Shown here piece after piece: positions 9,939 to 18,178 of a stretch of 28,569 bases of DNA (its first letter is position 1; each line of letters begins with the position of its first letter). The notes under the pieces are model-generated. The model worked only from the letters and a program-made list of their open reading frames with translations. It was not told the DNA's origin and did no database searches. Source of the DNA: a bacterium (GTDB lineage Bacteria; Patescibacteriota; Microgenomatia; UBA1400; PJMF01); the NCBI GenBank assembly GCA_900299155.1, contig OMIS01000048.1:1-28569 (forward strand). Direction: 5' to 3'. The translations under genes and the position numbers were made by a program.

Positions 9939-10051
9939 ATAGAGTAAAAAGTAGTGAAGTGCTCCGACAAGTGCAAATACTACTGAAAGGGCAACTCAGT
10001 AACTAGAACAGTAAGAGAATTAAAAAAGTACAAAAATATATAAGGAGATAT

Positions 10052-10414
10052 ATGGCAGATACAGCTACACAACCCCCAGCATCACAAGGCACATTGCACA
10101 TTAGTGATGCAGATTTTGACAAAATGATGAAAGATGCTGGTGATAAACCAGTGATGGTAGATTTTTATGCTGAATGGTGTGGCCCATGCCGTTTAGCAGC
10201 CCCAATCATTGAAGAACTCGGACAAACCTATGCTGGTAAAGCAGTGGTGGCTAAGTTGGATATTGATGCAGCTGACCGCAATTTTGTGGCTGGTCAAGGT
10301 GTTATGAGTATTCCAACAGTTATCGTCTGGAAGAATGGTAAAGAAATTGCTCGTCAAACCGGCTTCATGGGTCGTGAAAAATATGTCGAGATGATTGAAA
10401 ACGGCTTAAAGTAA
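10052..10414 (+). CDS. trxA: Thioredoxin
   Basis: DFYAEWCGPC active site, SIPT cis-Pro motif; AAGGAG ribosome-binding site. Confidence 0.96.
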   Translation: MADTATQPPASQGTLHISDADFDKMMKDAGDKPVMVDFYAEWCGPCRLAAPIIEELGQTYAGKAVVAKLDIDAADRNFVAGQGVMSIPTVIVWKNGKEIARQTGFMGREKYVEMIENGLK

Positions 10415-10495
10415 TTCTGGAAAATTATCTGTATAAGGTTTACAACTAAGCTGAGGCAAGCTTGCTCTCAGAAGAATATATAGTTAAAAGGTTCT

Positions 10496-11563
10496 ATGCA
10501 AACAGCACGAGTGGTAATAATTGGTTCTGGCCCAGCGGCCTATACAGCAGCAATTTATGCGGCTCGTGCAAAGCTAGCTCCAGTCTTGTTCGCAGGGCAA
10601 AAAGCAGGCGGTCAGCTGATGTGGACCACGGAGATTGAAAATTTCCCTGGTTTTCCTGAAGGTATCAAAGGTCCTGACTTGATGATGAACATGATGGCGC
10701 AAGCACAGAAATTTGGGACAGAGATCAAGTATGACTACGTCACCGCGGTGGATTTTTCACAGAAGCCATTCAAAATCTGGACAACTATCCCTAAAGGACA
10801 AGTAGCTGATACGCTGCTGACAACTGCTTCTCAAGCAGAATACGCCAAGGTGCGCGAAGAAATTATCGCAACCGAGCCCACAGTCACTGCAGATGCAGTG
10901 ATCATTGCTACTGGGGCTTCCTCCATTATGCTTGGGGCAAAAGGTGAAATGGAGTTCTTGGGCCGGGGCGTGAGTACTTGCGCTGTCTGTGATGCTGCTT
11001 TTTATAAAGACAAAGTCACCTACGTAGTAGGTGGAGGCGATAGTGCAATGGAAGATACCTTAGCACTGACCAAGTTTGCCAAAGAAATTACCGTTATTCA
11101 CCGTCGTGATTCGTTCAAAGCCAGCAAAATCATGCAAGAGCGTGTACTTAATCATCCCAAAGTCAAAGTGATGTGGAATACTGCGGTCAAAGCTGTAAAG
11201 GGTGACAAGTTTGTGACATCGATTGTAGTCAACGAAAATGGCGCAGAAAAAGAACTACCAACAGATGGCTTATTCGTAGCAGTCGGACACCGACCAGTGA
11301 CGACACTTTTTAAGGATCAGATTCAGTTAGATGATCACGGCTATGTCGTGACACGCCAAAGTGCGAGTAAACTGGGTGTGGAAGCTGCCAGCAAGGTTAT
11401 GGATGAGAAAAATCACGTCATGTTCCCCACGATGACTTCCGTGGAAGGCATTTTTGCCGCAGGTGATGGCGTAGACGTGCGTTTCAAGCAAGCTATTACT
11501 GCAGCGGGCCAAGGATGTGCTGCTGCGATTGATGCAGAGCGCTGGCTGGAATCACTCGCATAA
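10496..11563 (+). CDS. trxB: Thioredoxin reductase
   Basis: GSGPA, GGQL, ENFPG, CAVCD, GGGDSAMED, HRRD, FAAGD motifs. Confidence 0.96.
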   Translation: MQTARVVIIGSGPAAYTAAIYAARAKLAPVLFAGQKAGGQLMWTTEIENFPGFPEGIKGPDLMMNMMAQAQKFGTEIKYDYVTAVDFSQKPFKIWTTIPKGQVADTLLTTASQAEYAKVREEIIATEPTVTADAVIIATGASSIMLGAKGEMEFLGRGVSTCAVCDAAFYKDKVTYVVGGGDSAMEDTLALTKFAKEITVIHRRDSFKASKIMQERVLNHPKVKVMWNTAVKAVKGDKFVTSIVVNENGAEKELPTDGLFVAVGHRPVTTLFKDQIQLDDHGYVVTRQSASKLGVEAASKVMDEKNHVMFPTMTSVEGIFAAGDGVDVRFKQAITAAGQGCAAAIDAERWLESLA

Positions 11564-11656
11564 ATAGGTCAAACTACTTCAAACAAAATGTTCAAAGTAG
11601 CTTGGTATTTTGAATGGTAAAAATTGACAGAACTAACAAATACCTGAAAGGTTTAC

Positions 11657-12976
11657 ATGTCCACACAAACACCACTTGATCAAGCGCGCACACAACTCGC
11701 GCAAGTAGCGGCAGTACTGCGTGATAAATATGTGGGAGAGGAAGCTCGTTTTGATACAGCAATTGAGTTGCTTTCTACGCCACAAATGTTGCATCAAGGT
11801 GAGCTCGAAGTCCAGATGGATAATGGCTCTACAAAAAAATTCAAAGCATTCCGTTCACAGCACAATAATGCGCGTGGGCCGTTCAAAGGTGGCATTCGTT
11901 TTCATCATGGGGTGACCAAAGAAGAAGTGATGGCACTTTCTATCTGGATGACCTGGAAGTGTGCAGTGACAGGCATTCCGTATGGTGGTGGTAAAGGTGG
12001 GGTTGTCGTTAATCCCAAAGAACTAAGTACCAAAGAACTTGAGCGCTTGAGCCGTGCCTATGTTCGGTTCTTGGGTGAAGCAGTTGGCCCTTGGACTGAT
12101 ATACCTGCCCCAGACGTCAATACCAATGGCCAAATTATGGCGTGGATGGTTGATGAGTGGCAGAAACTAGCTCAAGAAAAAACCTCTCTATTACAAGTAA
12201 ATCCGCTTGCAACATTCACCGGAAAACCACTTGCGCTGGGTGGTAGCGAAGGAAGAGATGAAGCAACGGGCTTGGGTGGAGTATATGTCTTAGAAGAGTT
12301 AGCCAAAGCATTGAACTGGCAACGAAAACAAGACATTACAATTGCTATCCAAGGTTTTGGCAATGTCGGGTACTGGTTTGCCCATCATGCTGATCTCCGA
12401 GGCTATAAAATTGTAGCTGTTTCTGACTCTCAAGGTGGTATATATGTAGAAAATGGATTGAATCCGGAAAAAACTCTGGCCTGCAAAAAGCAAAATGGCA
12501 AGATAAGTGAGTGTCCCTGTACTGATGAAAAATGTGATATTACACTGGGTAAAAAGGTGACTAATGCAGAACTTCTTGAGCTCAATGTGGATGTTTTGGT
12601 TCCAGCGGCATTAGAAAACGTCATAACGGCAGAGAATGCACCACAGATTAAAGCAAAAGTTGTGATTGAGATGGCAAATGGCCCTGTCAATCCAGAGGGT
12701 GAAGCAATCTTATTACAAAAAGGTATTTTAGTGGTGCCTGATGTTTTGGCAAATGCTGGTGGAGTAAGCACTTCTTACTTTGAATGGGTACAGAATTTGG
12801 CTGGAGTATCCTGGGATAAACCAACGGTACTTGAAAAACTACAACCACTGATGGTGATGGCTTTCAAAGACATCTGGGAGTTAGCACAAGAAAAGAATCT
12901 CTCGCTGCGCATGGCTACGTATTCACGAGCAGTGAAACGCGTGATTGATGCTATGTTGTTGCGTGGTTCAGTATAG
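11657..12976 (+). CDS. gdhA: Glu/Leu/Phe/Val dehydrogenase (glutamate dehydrogenase)
   Basis: GPFKGGIRF, GGGKGG, DIPAPD, QGFGNVG, EMANGP, PDVLANAGGV. Confidence 0.92.
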   Translation: MSTQTPLDQARTQLAQVAAVLRDKYVGEEARFDTAIELLSTPQMLHQGELEVQMDNGSTKKFKAFRSQHNNARGPFKGGIRFHHGVTKEEVMALSIWMTWKCAVTGIPYGGGKGGVVVNPKELSTKELERLSRAYVRFLGEAVGPWTDIPAPDVNTNGQIMAWMVDEWQKLAQEKTSLLQVNPLATFTGKPLALGGSEGRDEATGLGGVYVLEELAKALNWQRKQDITIAIQGFGNVGYWFAHHADLRGYKIVAVSDSQGGIYVENGLNPEKTLACKKQNGKISECPCTDEKCDITLGKKVTNAELLELNVDVLVPAALENVITAENAPQIKAKVVIEMANGPVNPEGEAILLQKGILVVPDVLANAGGVSTSYFEWVQNLAGVSWDKPTVLEKLQPLMVMAFKDIWELAQEKNLSLRMATYSRAVKRVIDAMLLRGSV

Positions 12977-12997
12977 AACTGCACCGAGAAAGCTGCG

Positions 12998-13030
12998 TAT
13001 CTCTAGCAAAATCAGAAAATGCTAGAGATA
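12998..13030. repeat. 11-bp perfect inverted repeat (terminator or operator) between gdhA and rpoD
   Basis: TATCTCTAGCA (12998-13008), 11 nt, TGCTAGAGATA (13020-13030). Confidence 0.7.
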
Positions 13031-13051
13031 TTGCAGTTTATACGTTATAAT
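13023..13051 (+). promoter_or_regulatory. Putative rpoD promoter
   Basis: TAGAGA, 17 nt, TATAAT (13046-13051); AAGGA upstream of the ATG at 13084. Confidence 0.5.
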
Positions 13052-13083
13052 ATGCAATCTGCTTACTAAGGAAATTCCACATT

Positions 13084-14175
13084 ATGAACCAGATCTCTGC
13101 CACACTCTCTCTCGAAATTGAAGCACTGCTCAAGAAAGCCCAGCAACAAGGCTTTGTTGTCCAGGATGATATCCTTAAAGTTTTTGTCGAACCTGAAGAA
13201 CACATTGAGGAACTCGACGACTTTTATGACAGAATCATTAAGCTTAAGATCGATATCTTCGAATCTGTTTCTGAAGAAGCTCCTGAAGAAGAAGCCGATA
13301 CTCTCACGCAAGAGCTAGAGATGATCTCAACCTTGGGCAATACAGGTGCTTCTGATCCTGTCCGCATGTACCTGAAGGAAATTGGACGGATTCCATTGTT
13401 AAATCGTGAAGAAGAAATTCGTCTCGCCCAACAAGTGGAAGCTGGTGACCTGAAAGCCAAGAAAAAACTGACTGATGCCAACCTCCGTTTAGTCGTTTCT
13501 ATCGCTAAAAAATACATCGGTCGTGGTATGACGTTCTTGGATTTGATCCAAGAAGGAAACAAAGGTCTGATCCGTGCAGTCGAGAAGTTTGACTGGACGA
13601 AAGGCTTTAAGTTCTCTACCTATGCTACTTGGTGGATTCGCCAAGCTATTACTCGTTCTATTGCAGATCAAGCTCGTACCATTCGTATCCCAGTGCACAT
13701 GGTGGAGACAATCAATAAATTGATGCGTACCAGTCGCCGCTTGATGCAGGAACTGGGCCGTGAGCCTACCCCTGAAGAAATTGGTAAAGAAATGGAGATG
13801 GACCCAGATAAGGTCCGTGAAATCTTGAAGATCTCTCAAAATACTACTTCACTCGAAGCCCCAGTGGGTAGTGGTGAAGATGAGAGTGTCTTGGGTGACT
13901 TTATTGCAGATGAAAAGCAAGTTTCTCCATACGATGCCACCAGCCAACAGATGTTACGTGAAAACATCGATGAAGTGTTGAGTGCGCTTTCAGACCGTGA
14001 GGCAAAAGTGCTCAAGATGCGCTTTGGACTTTCCGGCAATAAAATGATGACTTTGGAAGAGGTTGGCCGCAAATTTGGTGTGACTCGTGAACGTATTCGT
14101 CAAATTGAAGCAAAAGCACTGCGCAAACTTAAGCACCCCAGCAAGCGCAAGAAACTGCAAGACTTCTTAGAGTAA
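13084..14175 (+). CDS. rpoD: Primary sigma factor sigma70
   Basis: [54 protein letters not shown]. Confidence 0.98.
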   Translation: MNQISATLSLEIEALLKKAQQQGFVVQDDILKVFVEPEEHIEELDDFYDRIIKLKIDIFESVSEEAPEEEADTLTQELEMISTLGNTGASDPVRMYLKEIGRIPLLNREEEIRLAQQVEAGDLKAKKKLTDANLRLVVSIAKKYIGRGMTFLDLIQEGNKGLIRAVEKFDWTKGFKFSTYATWWIRQAITRSIADQARTIRIPVHMVETINKLMRTSRRLMQELGREPTPEEIGKEMEMDPDKVREILKISQNTTSLEAPVGSGEDESVLGDFIADEKQVSPYDATSQQMLRENIDEVLSALSDREAKVLKMRFGLSGNKMMTLEEVGRKFGVTRERIRQIEAKALRKLKHPSKRKKLQDFLE

Positions 14176-14288
14176 GTTAATAACTGCTTAAGAAGGGTAT
14201 GAGGTGACGCTTAACCAAAGTAAGACAGCATAAGTTTTTTAATATTTGTCTAAGTTGTAGTATTTTTGTGGCGTGCTACTATTAAAAC

Positions 14289-14903
14289 ATGCCCAAAAAA
14301 TCTGCTCATTCGCATAAAAGTAGACAGGTTCCCACAACAAAAAAAGTTGCTTCACTCTCAGAGAGAAAAGCAATTACTATTTCTAAAACTGCAAAAGCAG
14401 CCTCAATACCTCAAAAATCAGCAAAATTTACCTGGTCTGACCTGTGGCATGTACTACTATCTATTTTTGTGTGTCAGTTGGCCGGGGTGATTGGCTCATT
14501 TTTCACCTTTTCAGAGATTCCCAATTGGTATGCGTTTTTAGAAAAACCATTCTTTACTCCTCCCAGTTGGTTATTTGGCCCAGTCTGGACAACACTCTAT
14601 ACATTGATGGGAATAGCGCTGTTTGTGTCGTGCAAATATGGCAAACCAGCTGCACTTTCTACCCGTGCAAGCTACTGGTTTTATGCCCAATTAGCAGTTA
14701 ATGCACTCTGGTCAATTGTGTTCTTTGGCTTCCATAGTCTTTGGGGTGGTCTGGTCACAATTGTGATTTTGTGGCTGCTGATCTTCAAAACGATTCAGCT
14801 GTTTTCACAGGTCAATAAAACAGCAGCTTGGCTGATGATCCCATATATCATGTGGGTAAGTTTTGCCACGGTGCTTAACCTGGCTCTGGCTATCTTAAAT
14901 TGA
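14289..14903 (+). CDS. tspO: TspO/MBR tryptophan-rich sensory protein with a basic N-terminal extension
   Basis: WY..LEKP.FTPPSWLFGPVWT.LY, QL..N.LWS..FFG, PY..WV.FA..LN. Confidence 0.93.
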   Translation: MPKKSAHSHKSRQVPTTKKVASLSERKAITISKTAKAASIPQKSAKFTWSDLWHVLLSIFVCQLAGVIGSFFTFSEIPNWYAFLEKPFFTPPSWLFGPVWTTLYTLMGIALFVSCKYGKPAALSTRASYWFYAQLAVNALWSIVFFGFHSLWGGLVTIVILWLLIFKTIQLFSQVNKTAAWLMIPYIMWVSFATVLNLALAILN

Positions 14904-14920
14904 AACTATTCAATTAGATA

Positions 14921-15556
14921 TCATTTAATTATCATTCCCGTGGGTTGAGTAGCATGTTCTTTGATGTGTGCCTGAAGGTCTACAGCAATTTTTAATGCCA
15001 CAAACAGTAATACTACGAGTGTGTGTTGTCCCACAATGAATGTAAGTCCCATACCAAATAATAAGGTAAGGTGCATCACAATAATACGGCTGTATGGGCT
15101 GCCAAAGAGTTCCATAACTGGTTTTGTTTTGTACTCACCACTGCCAAAAAAATTAAGAAGGAGTGAAATAACATGGCTGATAGCCAAACCTGATATAGCA
15201 GGTGCGACGAGGGATAAATGACCTAATAAGTTATTAAAAACTTCAGAAAATTCACCACCGTTATGTCCTGTTTCAACAAACATAATCAATAGCATGATGA
15301 ACACTAAGTGTCCTGCCATAAATCCGCCGTAATGAACTAGGAAAAAGGGAACTAAGAATACTTTTGCCCAGTTACTTTTACCTGGGCCAGGTGTAGCGAA
15401 GATCATCTTGATGACGGTGGTCATGCCAACGATGGCACTTTCAAACCAGTAGAGCAGTAAAATGTTGCTGAAGCTCCAGTCCAAAAACCATACGCCGTAC
15501 ACAGTGATGAGGTTGGCGGCAACCAGCGCGATGACTGAAGGTAGCAATTTGAACAT
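14921..15556 (-). CDS. Integral membrane protein, DUF6498-like
   Basis: AANL..VYGV...DW....LLLYWFES, FF.VHYG.F...H, PY.RIIVMH pattern. Confidence 0.6.
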   Translation of the reverse strand: MFKLLPSVIALVAANLITVYGVWFLDWSFSNILLLYWFESAIVGMTTVIKMIFATPGPGKSNWAKVFLVPFFLVHYGGFMAGHLVFIMLLIMFVETGHNGGEFSEVFNNLLGHLSLVAPAISGLAISHVISLLLNFFGSGEYKTKPVMELFGSPYSRIIVMHLTLLFGMGLTFIVGQHTLVVLLFVALKIAVDLQAHIKEHATQPTGMIIK

Positions 15557-15631
15557 ACCACTATGCTAGCACTTTCTGAAGACATGCGGAAAGATATTTC
15601 AGCAAACAAGTTTTTTTGTAAGCTAGCTTCT

Positions 15632-16675
15632 TTATAATTTCTGCGCTTGAATGGCCATGAAGAGTGGAAACTCTGCTCGGGCTCGATTTTCTTGACGTGC
15701 AGCTTTGCCTTCACTTTCTTTATCTGAGGTCCATTCTTCAATGCGGGTAATCGCAAACCCTGCGTTATGCAGCATCTCACTATAATCTTGGAGCGAGTGG
15801 TGGAATGACCAAGTCACTGCAGCTTCTGAGCCTGCGTCATCAGAATTTCTACCAGCGCGGCTGTAGCGGCCACGGCTTGTTGCTGCTTTGCCTGGATGCA
15901 TGGTAATTGGGATTTTAAGCGGAGAGAGATAGCGGTTCAGCCAACGGTACTGTTGTTTATTCTGTTCATCAGTGCCCCAGCCAGATTGGCGAGGGATGCG
16001 GAAACAGGGGTGATTGAGCACCAGCACCAGTTTGCCTCCTTTGATGAGGTAGTTGGCAGCATTCTGAAGTGCAGTTTGTGGAAACTCCATGTTTTGTAGT
16101 GCCAGGATAATAGTGGCGTGGGTGAACTCTGGCTCAGCACCATGAATCGGGCGGGCCACGTCCCGAGTGATGAAGTCATAGTTGTCTTTGCGGTTTTGAC
16201 GGCGGGCAGCATCGATCAAACTAGCCGAAGCATCAACGCCCAAGTAGGTAGTAATGGGAGGAATGGAGCGGGCGAGCACCCCTTGACCACAACCCAGGTC
16301 AATCAGCGAGTGGTCTGGCTTGAGCTGGAGGAGTTTGAGTGTGCCAGGCAGAACGACGTGTTCGTGGTAGTAGTGGCCTTCTGAGCCGACAATCTTGTTG
16401 TACCATGAATTGACGTTTTCCCATGAACTGGAGGTGTTTTCAGATCTGTTTCTGTCTGGAGCTGACTGTGAGTACCCTTCTGGGCGGGTACCACGAGAAG
16501 GACGGCTGGAATGTGATGGACGACCGGTGCGAGGCGGTCTTGTGGCAGCAGAGAATGGTCGAGGACGTCTTTCAGATGAGTCAGTGGAGAAAGAACGAGA
16601 ACGACTGCTGGAAGAACTCTTGGAGAAGGAGCGGGAACGGGTAGTGTGGTTTGGGCGAGAATTATTGCGATGCAT
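15632..16675 (-). CDS. Class I SAM-dependent methyltransferase with an Arg/Ser-rich N-terminal tail
   Basis: LIDLGCGQG motif I, LGVDAS, LNHPCF, FHHSLQDY; start moved to ATG 16675, which has TATAAT 7 nt upstream. Confidence 0.85.
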   Translation of the reverse strand: MHRNNSRPNHTTRSRSFSKSSSSSRSRSFSTDSSERRPRPFSAATRPPRTGRPSHSSRPSRGTRPEGYSQSAPDRNRSENTSSSWENVNSWYNKIVGSEGHYYHEHVVLPGTLKLLQLKPDHSLIDLGCGQGVLARSIPPITTYLGVDASASLIDAARRQNRKDNYDFITRDVARPIHGAEPEFTHATIILALQNMEFPQTALQNAANYLIKGGKLVLVLNHPCFRIPRQSGWGTDEQNKQQYRWLNRYLSPLKIPITMHPGKAATSRGRYSRAGRNSDDAGSEAAVTWSFHHSLQDYSEMLHNAGFAITRIEEWTSDKESEGKAARQENRARAEFPLFMAIQAQKL

Positions 16676-16756
16676 GGAATGTATTATATCCTGTCTTATT
16701 GCGGAAAACTTGAGCACTCTTGGTATACTACACGCTGTACAACGAAGATATCAATC

Positions 16757-18010
16757 ATGAACAAAAAGGAACAAGAACGTAAATTACTTGTGAGAAGCAT
16801 AGCTCTTGTACTTTTTGGATTGCTTACCCTCATAAACTATAAATACGATGGTATTAAGTATGCGTATAAAAATGCACTGAGGCAGCAAAGTGCAGCCTAT
16901 TTTTTGGCATATATCGCCAATAAAGATTTTGAGCATGGTGACTACTTAAATTTTGGAAGGACATTTGTATGGGCCAATTACTGTGCGCTGGTGGATAAAA
17001 CTAGTTGTGAAAAATATTTTGCTGAATACTACGCCCAAACACAGGCACGTTTAGATATTGATTTTAAACAGAGCAAATTTATTGAAAAGAAGTATCAAGT
17101 GGGGATAGACGAGGTGACTGTTTTATACGCAAACCAACCTAAGAGTTGGGAAGAGTGGGGCGTACTACAAGATGGTGCTCTCCTGACTATAACGGAAATA
17201 GGAAACGGAAGAGTACCAGAGATATTGACTAATACAGAAGTCGGTCAAAGACTTTCTGACGGAGCTCAACCAGCATTTTTGTTTCGTGTGGAAGAAAATA
17301 GTACGGCTGATACTGGAACGATTCCGGTAGCTAAAACTGCACTCTATACTGGAGCACATTTTGCCAAAGCCTTACAAGAAGCGGGCACTGCCATTTTAGG
17401 AATTGATGATAATGGGCGACTGCAGATCGTACGAGGTGGGGAGTTGAACGAAGCTGATCTACTGGCTGGCTCAAAACTATACTGGCCTATTAACATGAAG
17501 GGCCGCACCATCGAGGAGGCAACTGACCACTCTAATTTATATTCATACATCGTTAGTAATGAAAATATGCATTGTGTTAAACAACCATCATATAGTTGCA
17601 AATGGATAGCATCCATTGCTCGGACTCAAGCAGGGGAAGTAGTAGAGATTAGATTGCCCAATTCTTTGTTATATGATGAAGTTAGTTGGCCTCTGGTGGT
17701 GGAGTACCTAATGGATAAAGGTATTACTGATTGGATATTCGCTGATCCAATGTATGAAGATTCAATGCTTTCTGCGGTAGATCAGATAGTAAAGCGAGAT
17801 GTATTAGCACAGCCCAAGTATCTTGATCCTGCTTCACCACAAGATACTCCTGAAGTCTCTCCGCTTGAGATGTTACGAACGCAAGGTATAGAAGATGGTT
17901 TGTATGTAGTAGTTTGGGAATCAGAAAGTGCTCCAATGGAACCCATTTTACTCGAAGTAAATACGACAGATTTCCTACGGACATTGGATAGTACTGTGAA
18001 AAGCCCCTAA
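16757..18010 (+). CDS. Hypothetical membrane-anchored or exported protein
   Basis: Long ORF with N-terminal TM (SIALVLFGLLTLI); start MNKK preferred to avoid overlap with the divergent gene; TG-G-TATACT upstream. Confidence 0.7.
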   Translation: MNKKEQERKLLVRSIALVLFGLLTLINYKYDGIKYAYKNALRQQSAAYFLAYIANKDFEHGDYLNFGRTFVWANYCALVDKTSCEKYFAEYYAQTQARLDIDFKQSKFIEKKYQVGIDEVTVLYANQPKSWEEWGVLQDGALLTITEIGNGRVPEILTNTEVGQRLSDGAQPAFLFRVEENSTADTGTIPVAKTALYTGAHFAKALQEAGTAILGIDDNGRLQIVRGGELNEADLLAGSKLYWPINMKGRTIEEATDHSNLYSYIVSNENMHCVKQPSYSCKWIASIARTQAGEVVEIRLPNSLLYDEVSWPLVVEYLMDKGITDWIFADPMYEDSMLSAVDQIVKRDVLAQPKYLDPASPQDTPEVSPLEMLRTQGIEDGLYVVVWESESAPMEPILLEVNTTDFLRTLDSTVKSP

Positions 18011-18058
18011 GTGGGGTGGGTTCTTGAGTGTAAGACACCTTTACCTGACAGCCTCCTG

Positions 18059-18067
18059 TGGTAAAAT
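18059..18067 (+). promoter_or_regulatory. Extended -10 promoter for tRNA-Asn
   Basis: TG-G-TAAAAT, ending 36 nt upstream of the tRNA. Confidence 0.5.
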
Positions 18068-18103
18068 AAGGAGGTTCATCTGCTGAAAGCAGAGAGCAGC
18101 CAT

Positions 18104-18178
18104 TCCTCGATAGCTCAATGGCAGAGCATCTCGCTGTTAACGAGAGGGTTCTAGGTTCGAGTCCTAGTCGGGGAGCCA
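18104..18178 (+). tRNA. tRNA-Asn (GTT), CCA encoded
   Basis: Acceptor TCCTCGA/TCGGGGA, D arm TAGCTCAATGGCAGAGC, anticodon arm TCTCG-CTGTTAA-CGAGA, T loop GGTTCGAGTCC, G-CCA end. Confidence 0.97.

Noticed and set aside
11564-11656. Imperfect hairpin (CTACTT...AAGTAG) after trxB as a terminator
   Set aside because: Weak AT-rich stem with mismatches and no clear U tract
1052-16760. Many 60-165 aa shadow ORFs (e.g. 1052-1549, 2505-2864, 7737-8045, 12430-12771, 13224-13562, 16395-16760)
   Set aside because: They overlap well-supported genes on the other strand or frame and have no recognisable motifs
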